Of a DNA stretch of 64,000 bases, positions 55,983 through 64,000 are shown one piece after another. A program made the position numbers and the translations under genes. The notes beneath the pieces are model-generated. The model was not told the origin of the DNA. It did not search any database and saw only the letters and a list, made by a program, of their open reading frames with translations. The stretch covers positions 64,638-128,637 of the forward strand of contig JAHQWW010000002.1 in assembly GCA_029856365.1 (NCBI GenBank), read 5' to 3'. How positions within the stretch are numbered: the stretch's first letter is position 1; the number at the start of each line of letters is the position of its first letter. Origin of the DNA: Candidatus Hodarchaeota archaeon. GTDB lineage: Archaea > Asgardarchaeota > Heimdallarchaeia > Hodarchaeales > Hodarchaeaceae.

Positions 55983-56035
55983 CGTTTTATATAGTAGTTA
56001 TTTCTTGAGTTGTTTCTGATGGTGTTTAACGTTGG
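55983..56035 (-). repeat. 61-nt intergenic repeat family, copy 5 (reverse orientation)
   Basis: The reverse complement reads ccaacgttaaacaccatcagaaacaactcaagaaataactactatataaaacg. On the forward strand the motif GATGGTGTTTAACGTTGG (56018-56035) recurs as GATGTCGTTTAACGTTGC at 58954-58971. Confidence 0.5.
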
Positions 56036-56115
56036 TTATATTCAAAAATGACTTCAAAATGACTTCATAATATGTCATCGATCGTTGTTTAGGTTTTGAA
56101 AAGTATATACAATTG

Positions 56116-57794
56116 TGAGATGTGCGCGAAATTCTAATTTTTTCTTTTTTGACTTCTCGGGGGAGATGGAAGAACAATAATCCGACGATAATATGATTAT
56201 TATTGAGCGAGAGAGGTGAGGAAAACATTCGACGAAAAATGCCCATCACACTGCTCTTGCTCAGTTATGGGGTGATTGTGACCTCGTTTTTAACTATTGT
56301 GTATGTCAGAAGCGAGTATTATAAACACTTGTACCAAAACGTCCTGTGGGATAGTTACTCACTGGAAAGAATACGGTTATTTTTTCAAAAGATTGCACCA
56401 CTGTTAAAGCTGATATATCCCATAGTGGATAAATTAAACAAGAGGAGAGGACGACCAGCAACCAATAGACGATTTCAATTACGTTTTGTGATTTGGTGGA
56501 AATTTTTTGCTCCTGGACCGCAAAAAACTGCAGTAAATAGACTGAACAAGTCACCAGAACTCCAACAAATTCTGGAGGCGCCCGTAGATCCATATACTAG
56601 GTCAAGTCTACGTCGGTTCCTCAAAGATGCAGGAGAAGAGGGATTCAGACGAATGGGTTTTTTACTCGGGTTGAAATTGCTCAAGAAAGGGATAATTGAT
56701 ACCTCAAAAGTTGTTTTAGATTCTTTTCCAGTCTATTCGTATTTGAATATGAAAAAATGTCTAAAAATCCCAAAATTCAATAAAAAACTGGCGAAGCAAT
56801 TTTATCAGGAATTAAACCTGAACCACATCATCTCCAAATTCCCAAAACAGCGTGCAAACTCAGCCCCGTTAGTAGACAAATTAAAAGTCTGGATTCACCA
56901 GTATTTGTGGGATATTCCCTCCAATCAACGTAACCACTATTATATTTTTGGGAGAACCAATCGAAAGGAGGTACTTGGGCTTGAAAAAGGATGGAAGGCG
57001 GCAAAAACCTATCAAGATTTCTTAGCTGTCTTGAAAGCTCTTCCCAACACATCTGAGATCGAATATGCAACCGTGACAGAAGTGGCGCGTGTACTTCGAC
57101 AGCTGGGAGTAGCTCTTAAGAGTGCCCAATATCAGCGGATAGAAGCCCTTCGTTTCGTGTTCCATACTCCTCATCGTCTTAAAGATCCAACTATCACCTT
57201 AAATTATTGTGCTCCCAAAGATCAACATTTTATGGGACGTGGGGGATTGTTGGCAATATTACCTTCCTTAGGAATACCACTATTCTTACAGCTAACTGCA
57301 AAGTACAAGCAAAGTGAAGAATCAATTCGAACATTTCTAAAGTCGATGTCTCAACAGTATGGAGGACTTTTAAGGGAAATAGAGGTATATGCGGATAGTG
57401 AGTTCGGTACCGAGGGAATTAAAGATGCGTTAAAGCGCTTATTTAAGGCCACTCCCTATATCGATGTGTATGCTCGGAGTGCTACACGATCTACATTAAC
57501 AATTGAGCAAAAAAACATCCGTAAGACCGTTGAACGCGTAATTGCCCGTTTAGAAAATAATTTCTCCCTTGAACATCCTTCTGTTCTTGGAGATGACTCA
57601 GTAGCTATCCATACTCAGCTATGCTTCCTTTGCGATCTGCTTCTTGTTTCGCATAACCTTTTAACAGGAAATCACACTCACCCCTACTCCCTCTCTTACG
57701 TTCGGGGATAAAAGTTTCGAACACCTCTCACCAGGGTATATACTAACCTTATTCTACTATAGAAACCAATTTTTTAATCCTCGCGCTCCTCTCA
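56116..57794 (+). mobile_element. Insertion sequence (single DDE transposase ORF); boundaries tentative
   Basis: Outer imperfect inverted repeats: TGAGATGTGCGCGA (56116-56129) versus the reverse complement of 57781-57794, TGAGAGGAGCGCGA (12/14). An alternative inner pair is GAGAGGTGAGGAAAAC (56211-56226) versus the reverse complement of 57714-57729, GAGAGGTGTTCGAAAC (12/16). No target-site duplication was seen. Confidence 0.5.
56239..57711 (+). CDS. DDE-type transposase (IS4/IS1634/ISH3-like superfamily)
   Basis: RRGRPATNRRFQLRFVIWWKF...; candidate catalytic residues VVLDSFPVYSY (D), VYADSEFGTEG (D), IRKTVERVIARLENNF (E). The ATG at 56239 is preferred to the TTG at 56203. Confidence 0.7.
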   Translation: MPITLLLLSYGVIVTSFLTIVYVRSEYYKHLYQNVLWDSYSLERIRLFFQKIAPLLKLIYPIVDKLNKRRGRPATNRRFQLRFVIWWKFFAPGPQKTAVNRLNKSPELQQILEAPVDPYTRSSLRRFLKDAGEEGFRRMGFLLGLKLLKKGIIDTSKVVLDSFPVYSYLNMKKCLKIPKFNKKLAKQFYQELNLNHIISKFPKQRANSAPLVDKLKVWIHQYLWDIPSNQRNHYYIFGRTNRKEVLGLEKGWKAAKTYQDFLAVLKALPNTSEIEYATVTEVARVLRQLGVALKSAQYQRIEALRFVFHTPHRLKDPTITLNYCAPKDQHFMGRGGLLAILPSLGIPLFLQLTAKYKQSEESIRTFLKSMSQQYGGLLREIEVYADSEFGTEGIKDALKRLFKATPYIDVYARSATRSTLTIEQKNIRKTVERVIARLENNFSLEHPSVLGDDSVAIHTQLCFLCDLLLVSHNLLTGNHTHPYSLSYVRG

Positions 57795-57806
57795 ACTCGT
57801 GAGAAG

Positions 57807-58859
57807 TTAGAGTCCCACTTTCTCGATGTCGTTGTATAGAACAATTCGGTAGCGTGCCTTGTTCTCCTTAACCTTTCGAATAGCTTCGTTTACCTTTGTC
57901 ATGGGCATTAACTCTACCTTGGGAACGATGCTGTGCTCCTGTGCGAACGAAAGCATCTCTCGCATTGTAACCCGATTGCCAAGGAAGGAACCAGTGATCG
58001 TTAGTTGGTGTGCCACGAGGTCAGTCGAATTGAACACTATGTCTGGGAAGCCAGTAAGGATCAGTTCCCCATTTTTCTTCAGGGTATTCAACAGTACTTC
58101 CCATTTTATCTTACCATGAGCAGTAAATAACAGCAGGTCGAAGCTGAACATCGCCCGTTGCATGCTGGCCTGGTTGTTTGAAACAATGAAGTGGTCTGCG
58201 CCAAATGCTAGCGCTTGCTCCTTCTTATCTGGAGAGGAGGAAATGGCGGTTACTTCGTAGTTGAGGGCGTGAGCGAACTGTAATGCGAGGTGACCCAGCC
58301 CTCCTACGCCGATAATGCCAATTTTCTTCCCTTGTTGAGCTGAGTAAGAACGGAGTGGTGAGTAAACCGTGATCCCAGCACACATGAGTACTGCAGCCAC
58401 TTCAGAGGGCATGGTGTCAGGAATTGGGTAGGCAAAACGACTATCTACACAGACAGAGGTCGAGAAACCGCCGTAGGGAACCCATGTTCCTGACGACACG
58501 ATGTCCATACAGAGTTGTTCTTCGCCCTGCAAACACCACTCACATTTCATGCACGAACGACCCTGCCAGCCTATGCCGACCCTATCACCTTCTTTGAGGC
58601 CAGATACTGCACTACCCACAGCCGACACATATCCAACAATCTCGTGACCAGGGACAAAGGGAAAGGTGGTTATTCCGTAGTAGTTGTTGATAGCGTGGAT
58701 GTCAGTATGGCACAGACCGCAGTGTGTTACCGAAACCAGGACATCATGTGTATCTATTTTTGGTTGTTTGTAGGTGAATGGTTCCAGTGGCTGTCCTACT
58801 GCTTTCGTTGCGTATCCCAAGACCTTTATGTTCGACACGTTCCTATTTATCTCAACCAC
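57807..58859 (-). CDS. Zinc-dependent NADP alcohol dehydrogenase, cinnamyl-alcohol-dehydrogenase (YahK/AdhA-like) subfamily
   Basis: CGLCHTDIH, VPGHEIVG, structural-zinc CMKCEWCLQGEEQLC, cofactor loop GIIGVGGLGH. The G+C is markedly higher than in the flanking genome. Confidence 0.9.
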   Translation of the reverse strand: MVEINRNVSNIKVLGYATKAVGQPLEPFTYKQPKIDTHDVLVSVTHCGLCHTDIHAINNYYGITTFPFVPGHEIVGYVSAVGSAVSGLKEGDRVGIGWQGRSCMKCEWCLQGEEQLCMDIVSSGTWVPYGGFSTSVCVDSRFAYPIPDTMPSEVAAVLMCAGITVYSPLRSYSAQQGKKIGIIGVGGLGHLALQFAHALNYEVTAISSSPDKKEQALAFGADHFIVSNNQASMQRAMFSFDLLLFTAHGKIKWEVLLNTLKKNGELILTGFPDIVFNSTDLVAHQLTITGSFLGNRVTMREMLSFAQEHSIVPKVELMPMTKVNEAIRKVKENKARYRIVLYNDIEKVGL

Positions 58860-58982
58860 TGAGCACTAGCCTATTCTTCCAATAGTTATTTCATCATTTT
58901 AAAACATTTATCTGTCATCCATTATTGTTCACTTGTTTTTTCTCTACGGAGGAGATGTCGTTTAACGTTGCAGTACTTCGCA

Positions 58983-59228
58983 TCACCTCCTCGGAAATAC
59001 CCCTTGTCCGTTAAATAGCGTCCGATCCCATGATGTACGGAGGAATTCACAAAAATCGCACAAATCTTTTGTCCCTTTAAAATTCCCAAAAATGTCAGTT
59101 TTCTCTACAATGTCCCTAATTTCTTCAATTTGTGGGGTTTGTTTGAATTCAGATAATACTTGTTCAAAATCTTCCCTTGTAAGTCCTGATCCTCTAATAC
59201 ACCTTAAATTCCAGGCCAGAGTTTTCAA
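58983..59228 (-). CDS. Hypothetical protein (possibly a gene fragment)
   Basis: 81-aa ORF with a TTG start and no family recognised. It lies inside the higher-GC segment. Confidence 0.25.
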   Translation of the reverse strand: MKTLAWNLRCIRGSGLTREDFEQVLSEFKQTPQIEEIRDIVEKTDIFGNFKGTKDLCDFCEFLRTSWDRTLFNGQGVFPRR

Positions 59229-59273
59229 ACTTTTCTATCTACACCCTTAGAAGATGAAAACTTCGTAAAACGA

Positions 59274-59612
59274 TTGCGAAACCATCATGAGAAAACATAC
59301 GATCCGCTAATAAGCATCTTCCATATTTATGATCAGTGGGCTGCTGGTGTTACTCGAAAGATCCGTTCACCAGTAACCAGTCGTTATACATGGCAAGCCA
59401 AGAAAATGAGGGAAAAAATTGACTTTAATAATCTCGCACATGAAATAAAGGAGGTGTCTACGAACATCTGGACACTTTATAAGTATATTTACAATAGTAA
59501 GGAACTACATTACTTAACAGAATCCATGAACCATGGTCATAACTCTTTAAGAAACCATTTACTGGTAATCGCCAATTTAATAGTGCAAGACCATAAATTC
59601 TTTAGGAATTGA
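59274..59612 (+). CDS. Hypothetical helical protein
   Basis: 112-aa ORF with a TTG start and no family recognised. Confidence 0.3.
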   Translation: MRNHHEKTYDPLISIFHIYDQWAAGVTRKIRSPVTSRYTWQAKKMREKIDFNNLAHEIKEVSTNIWTLYKYIYNSKELHYLTESMNHGHNSLRNHLLVIANLIVQDHKFFRN

Positions 59613-59730
59613 GGAGAAATGCACAAAAAAACGTCTAATTGCCGTTTCCAAATCGCATGACGGTAGTAGGGCCTGAGATTTGGGTAAGAGGATTGGAATG
59701 TGAAACCCTCAGATAAGAAGGTTTATAAGA

Positions 59731-60234
59731 ATGAGGGAACCTAATAACCTTTCAGATTCAGATTTCAACATTCAAATTCCTGATGATTTTGAAGTAGCCA
59801 TCCTAGCTAATGGAACTCCAGTAATTGAATTACTCTCGAATGGAAATGCTTTGAACAAAACAGCAAACCAGGATCATTTTAGAGTCCTATTCACGTTGAG
59901 AACATATAATACAACTGTACTTCCTCGAAACTACTTACTTGACATAAACTCCTTTGGAATGCGATACTCCACACTTATCACCCCTCAGTGGCCGGAACAA
60001 ACCCAACCTCAAACCCCCTCGGGCGGGGGTGGTGCTGGTATTCAGGCTTACGAGCCATATATCACTAGTTTCTTTGCTTACGACCGTAATAAAGGTCAGA
60101 AAGCATGTGTTAAGACCTGGATTCACAATCCTTGCTCTGAGGAGCGAAGAGTTGATAAGTTGAAATATAAACTAGAACATCATGTTCCATACTCTCCTTA
60201 TCAAGAGACTTGGGAGGATTGGACACCATATTAA
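59731..60234 (+). CDS. Hypothetical protein with Pro/Gln/Gly-rich linker
   Basis: 167 aa with an ATG start. Contains PQWPEQTQPQTPSGGGGAGIQ. No family was recognised. Confidence 0.4.
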   Translation: MREPNNLSDSDFNIQIPDDFEVAILANGTPVIELLSNGNALNKTANQDHFRVLFTLRTYNTTVLPRNYLLDINSFGMRYSTLITPQWPEQTQPQTPSGGGGAGIQAYEPYITSFFAYDRNKGQKACVKTWIHNPCSEERRVDKLKYKLEHHVPYSPYQETWEDWTPY

Positions 60235-60267
60235 AATGAATATACTTACGTTGGTCAACTCGAAACC

Positions 60268-61080
60268 TTGGAAGTGCATGATTATTTGAACAAAATCTTC
60301 ACTACTTCAGGGAAGACATATGCACTTAATAAAGGATTATACAATGTTAATGAAGTGTATGTCACGGGTTGGAAACCTGGCGGATCTTGGTCGGATACTG
60401 ATTATCCTTCCGTCTCAGAAGGGCAATTTAAAATGAGGAATTCTACGGATAATTATGTATTTGTGGCACATTTATATGACTCTTTGTTCCCTGCCTTTGC
60501 TGATGATTTTGGAAAAACCGTTAATGGATGGTTCGACTTCATCGAGAGCTGGGATTTCTCTTACGGAGGAACTACCGACCTAAAAACACTTTTCAACATT
60601 AACTTTCATAGTAAGACCTTTGAATGGAATCCTTCCTCTTATAAAATAAATGATCTTTTTTATGACTATTTAGCACCTGCTGGAGGAGCAGCCTTAGGGA
60701 AAAGTGGTGATTGGCAAGAGAGAACGGGAACTGATTCTAATAATCATGGATTTGACCTCCTTTTTGCTACCCTTGGTGGATTAAATGAGGATGGTACTAG
60801 CAATATAGGTATAACAGTAGGACATTCAAATATGGGTATTGCCATGGGAGGCTATTGGATATGTATTGGAGGTTTTCCAGTTTGGCCAGTTATGAACCTG
60901 AATATTGATCATACAACCATTCATGAGGTGCTCCATACCTATAAGGCTGAGGATCTTTCTTCTTCAGGATATATTATGACTGGAAGTGGATCATGGGACA
61001 ATGTCATGCATTCGGATACATATGATGTTGTTAATCATTATCAAGATCGATATTACGGTGATGGAAATTTTGACTTTTAA
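60268..61080 (+). CDS. HExxH-motif protein (possible zinc metallopeptidase)
   Basis: NIDHTTIHEVLHTYKAEDL near the C-terminus. Start uncertain (TTG). The family is not recognised beyond the motif. Confidence 0.4.
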   Translation: MEVHDYLNKIFTTSGKTYALNKGLYNVNEVYVTGWKPGGSWSDTDYPSVSEGQFKMRNSTDNYVFVAHLYDSLFPAFADDFGKTVNGWFDFIESWDFSYGGTTDLKTLFNINFHSKTFEWNPSSYKINDLFYDYLAPAGGAALGKSGDWQERTGTDSNNHGFDLLFATLGGLNEDGTSNIGITVGHSNMGIAMGGYWICIGGFPVWPVMNLNIDHTTIHEVLHTYKAEDLSSSGYIMTGSGSWDNVMHSDTYDVVNHYQDRYYGDGNFDF

Positions 61081-61181
61081 AATCTTAACCCTTCCCTTTT
61101 CTCGATTATTCTCGAGTTTATCGTTTCAATTGTGAACCAATAATGCCTAAATGAGGGCTAAAAGGATTGTGAAATGTAAAA

Positions 61182-62672
61182 ATGAGGAATAATAAGACTC
61201 CTGACAAGAAACCATTAATGAAGACTCCAAAAAGTCTGGCCATCATCCTGCTTCTTTTGTTTGCTTCTTTGTACTCAGGAGCTCTCCTGTTGCAGAATAA
61301 AAACTCTCTGCCCAGTTTGATTACATCTGTATCGGCTTCCCGCGATTTTGATTCCCACACTCCCAGAGCCTTCCGCTCAGATTCAGGCCAAACCCATCTC
61401 CTCTTTCTTCATCAAACTCAGAAGTATGATTTTGGTGATCGTTACTTTTATCATTCTTACGAACTGGAGGATCGGAGCTGGTCGGTCCCAGTTAAACTGG
61501 AGGACCTAGCTTTCTCAGACCTGTATTCTATGACTAATTTCCTGATAATTCAAAATGAATCCCGAGAAGATGACTTTGATGTCTATTATAACAAAGAGGG
61601 TGAACTGTTCAAAACCAGTTATAATGGCCAATCAAATCAATGGATAGATTCCGAAAAGTTATTTGGCAAGCTTGACATCCATGACTATTTGCACCTTCCA
61701 CTATCGAGCGATCTTCTGAGTCTTTGTGGACATTCTCTCTTTTACTTGCATGATGAAACCATTAACGTTGTCTGGAGTTTCAAAAGTCGCAACGCCAGTC
61801 TTTTTAAACACGAATATGAAAGACATTATCTTATCAGTGCTGTCTTCTCAAACGCAACCATTAAGTCTCAAGTGATTCCAGGGTTAGATGCCTTCTATCA
61901 CTACTATTCATCGTTAAACTTTGTGTCTAGGAATGCCTCGTTGATAATATATTCTCCCCAATATTTTTATCGCTCAATTCTGCTGCCAAATGGTTCGTGG
62001 TCTACGTGGCAACATTCTGGTTTCGCTGCAGCTTTAATGGATCTTTACGGGGAAATACATGGAGAATTAACTCAACATTTAATCCATAATCATTATTTAG
62101 TGAGTTCTCACAAAGATGAGGATGCGAATATCAATTGGGTATGGACTGATCTGACAGCTACAAATCTTTCAGTACACCCCATTCATTTTCCCAAAAAATT
62201 AGATCCCAGGGACACCAGTATCCGCGCCACATTTAACCTACGAGAAAGTACCGATGGAAGTTCCTCTTTTTTGACCGCTTTTGTCACCAATAGCTCCATT
62301 GAACTTTGGACGTATCACCTTCTAAATGATACCTGGACTCTGATCAATCAGCTTGCCTATTCCCAGACAAACACACATAATTTTTATGGAGAACCTAAGG
62401 TTTTCAATATCGATTTATTAGCTGATGGGCCCACCTGGCGGGTGTTCTGGAACCAGCAGGTTAAAGCAGGGAACTTTTTACACGAGATTTTTACCGTCTC
62501 GTATCACACTGAGACTGGGGAGTGGAGCCAGGTCACTCAAATTACCGACACCCGTGCCATTACTGATGATTTTACTGATGGAGTTGTCCCTGGGTTCCCC
62601 CTCCTCATTCTCTGCTTAACTTTCTTGATCATTATCACTCTAAGAAGAATAAAAAAGCCTGTTATATCCTAG
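61182..62672 (+). CDS. Anchored beta-propeller-like protein (degenerate Asp-box/BNR-like W motifs) with PGF-CTERM-like end
   Basis: N-terminal signal anchor (LAIILLLLFASLYSGALLL). Recurrent x-x-W-S/T blades (DRSWSVPV, NGSWSTWQ, NDTWTLIN, GPTWRVFW, TGEWSQVT). The C-terminus is VVPGFPLLILCLTFLIIITLRRIKKP. Confidence 0.5.
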   Translation: MRNNKTPDKKPLMKTPKSLAIILLLLFASLYSGALLLQNKNSLPSLITSVSASRDFDSHTPRAFRSDSGQTHLLFLHQTQKYDFGDRYFYHSYELEDRSWSVPVKLEDLAFSDLYSMTNFLIIQNESREDDFDVYYNKEGELFKTSYNGQSNQWIDSEKLFGKLDIHDYLHLPLSSDLLSLCGHSLFYLHDETINVVWSFKSRNASLFKHEYERHYLISAVFSNATIKSQVIPGLDAFYHYYSSLNFVSRNASLIIYSPQYFYRSILLPNGSWSTWQHSGFAAALMDLYGEIHGELTQHLIHNHYLVSSHKDEDANINWVWTDLTATNLSVHPIHFPKKLDPRDTSIRATFNLRESTDGSSSFLTAFVTNSSIELWTYHLLNDTWTLINQLAYSQTNTHNFYGEPKVFNIDLLADGPTWRVFWNQQVKAGNFLHEIFTVSYHTETGEWSQVTQITDTRAITDDFTDGVVPGFPLLILCLTFLIIITLRRIKKPVIS

Positions 62673-62943
62673 GACCTCGTTAGAAAAGAAAAGGAGTTAG
62701 ATTGTGGAGAGCAGCGCTTAGGTTGATGTCAGAAACTCCGATGGGGTGACCCTGACGAGCTACCAGAAGCTGGATTACTCTCTGGAGCGACGCCTCTACA
62801 TTTTTTTAACATGAGAGAATCGAAAAACGGATATTTTGGAATCTTTGGTAATATTAAGTCGCTTCCAAACAATACTCATGGAACTTGAAAAATCTTAAAA
62901 AGTGATAAATCATTGAAAGGAATAGGAGAGTCAATAATAGGAA

Positions 62944-63405
62944 ATGGAAACACGCCTAGCACCTCGTCTCCATATTTTTGGTTGTGTTATTAGTTTTACA
63001 TTCGTGATTCTCTCAATTGTTCTAGGGAATGTTCAATTATTGCTGTTAGGATTCATTCTATCTGTTTTAACATGGTTAACATTTGGGTTACGGGAACTTC
63101 TAATATTTTTAGCGATTGTAAATCATCAACCAAGAGAAAGAGGAGTTTTAATCTACGTGGGATTAAGAGCGAGTGCCCTAATTGACATCGCTCTGGTCAA
63201 TGCGAATATGTTGGGGGTATATAACAATATACCACCTTTTTCAATCCTCAGATATGATCCTATTTGGTATACAATTGGCTTAATATTCCCAATAATTCTA
63301 CTGCTTGGAATAGCAATTATCTGGCTTTTTGCAGACCAAAAATTTTCTCTCACATTACCCATTGGTAGAGGTTTTGTCTCTCAGTGGCCGTTTAAATCAA
63401 ATTGA
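62944..63405 (+). CDS. Hypothetical 4-TM membrane protein
   Basis: 153-aa hydrophobic ORF with an ATG start. Confidence 0.45.
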   Translation: METRLAPRLHIFGCVISFTFVILSIVLGNVQLLLLGFILSVLTWLTFGLRELLIFLAIVNHQPRERGVLIYVGLRASALIDIALVNANMLGVYNNIPPFSILRYDPIWYTIGLIFPIILLLGIAIIWLFADQKFSLTLPIGRGFVSQWPFKSN

Positions 63406-63471
63406 CTATATTAAGCATTAATTAACAAGCAAATGTGCTGGATCACATTGAAATGATATGAGTAGTAAATA

Positions 63472-63687
63472 TTGCCGAAGATTGAACTTACCGACCTCAA
63501 CATGGGAAATATCGATGATCTGATCAATTTATGTATTCCCCGTGATCAAAAAAATAATCCTCTTTTTATAGAAGGATATAAACTAAAGAAAAAGTGGGTA
63601 GAGCAGAATATAAAGAAATATGGAAACATTGCTAAACTGGCTTTTTTCGATTCAACACCTGTTGGATTTATAGGATCACCAATCTGA
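63472..63687 (+). pseudogene. N-terminal fragment of a GNAT-type acetyltransferase-like gene
   Basis: IELTDLNMGNIDDLINLCIPRDQKNNPLFIEGYKLKKKWVEQNIKKYGNIAKLAFFDSTPVGFI resembles the N-terminal third of a GNAT family. The ORF stops at 71 aa, before the acetyl-CoA-binding motif. Confidence 0.35.
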
Positions 63688-63910
63688 GGGATAGATCAGG
63701 GGGAGCTATCCCAATGATGATTCTTTTATACCTACCAAAATAAAGTTTCGACTTGACGTTGGTAGTGGCGTTACGTGTGTGGTTTACGAACGCGTAAACT
63801 CCGTTGCGGCTATGGTTTCTGTATTCCATATGAAAAAGATACAGTGGTGGATCGGTGGTACTTTGCACCGTCCGCCCTGTTGGGTGAGTGGAGTAATCCG
63901 ACCCACCCAC
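63688..63910. other. GC-rich, hairpin-dense segment: candidate structured RNA or multiply frameshifted gene remnant
   Basis: My hand count is 105/220 G+C. Hairpins seen: GGGATAG-N11-CTATCCC (63688-63712), CTACCAA-N20-TTGGTAG (63732-63765), GTTTACG-AACG-CGTAAAC (63782-63799), CTGTAT-N14-ATACAG, GGGTG...CACCC (63882-63908). No known RNA family was recognised. Confidence 0.3.
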
Positions 63911-64000
63911 AAAACAAACCAAAAATTAACTTCACTATCTATTCATAGACCTTCATGTTTTTAATAATGAAGCTCTAATTCTTCATCAAAACAATTTAAG

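Noticed and set aside
62673-62943. GC-rich intergenic stretch at the right edge of the higher-GC segment (…GTGGAGAGCAGCGCTTAGG…CTCTGGAGCGACGCCTCTAC…), considered as tRNA/ncRNA
   Set aside because: No cloverleaf, T-arm (GTTCRAATC) or other recognisable RNA signature is present. Only short ORF fragments occur. It may simply be island-derived spacer or gene debris.
63668-63964. ORFs 63668-63922 (minus) and 63779-63964 (plus) as protein-coding genes
   Set aside because: They overlap each other almost completely on opposite strands, start with non-canonical codons, and have no motifs. They coincide with a hairpin-rich GC-rich segment, so they are treated as non-coding or remnant.

Overview
AT-rich archaeal chromosomal window. 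Hand-counted 60-nt sample lines give 14/60 G+C in the bulk of the window (line 20821), against 28/60 (line 58501) and 30/60 (line 62401) inside a 56-62.7 kb segment. About 75 genes are plausible. The landmarks are a complete 10-gene A/V-type ATP synthase operon (42685-52376, minus strand), an ABC-2 exporter pair, and many secreted or surface proteins. The surface proteins include SBBP-like and LVIVD beta-propellers, an 844-aa parallel beta-helix protein, an M1 peptidase and other HExxH peptidases. Several of them end in PGF-CTERM-like anchors. The window also carries redox and housekeeping enzymes (aldo-keto reductase, two MDR dehydrogenases, flavodoxin-like, PNPOx-like) and MarR, PadR and ArsR-type regulators. 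Three type II toxin-antitoxin pairs (RelE-like, VapBC, MazF-like) and a solo PIN gene are present. A set of eukaryote-signature-like genes suggests an Asgard (Loki-type) archaeon, by inference only: a Rab/Ras-like small GTPase, a single-domain gelsolin-like protein, and a Roadblock/LC7 protein next to a longin-like protein. A PlsC-type acyltransferase and an ICMT-family methyltransferase fit the same picture. Accessory and unusual content: an IS-type DDE transposase sits at the edge of the higher-GC segment. A ~61-nt intergenic repeat family carries an embedded TATA-like box. A toxin-antitoxin cassette is bracketed by 37-nt direct repeats. Several genes are decayed (in-frame TGA, frameshifted surface lipoprotein, truncated Usp and GNAT). 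The ATPase operon carries an extra subunit-I N-domain paralogue. A GC-rich hairpin-dense segment lies at the 3' window edge. No rRNA, tRNA or CRISPR array was recognised. All calls come from reading motifs by eye. No database search, alignment program or folding program was available.
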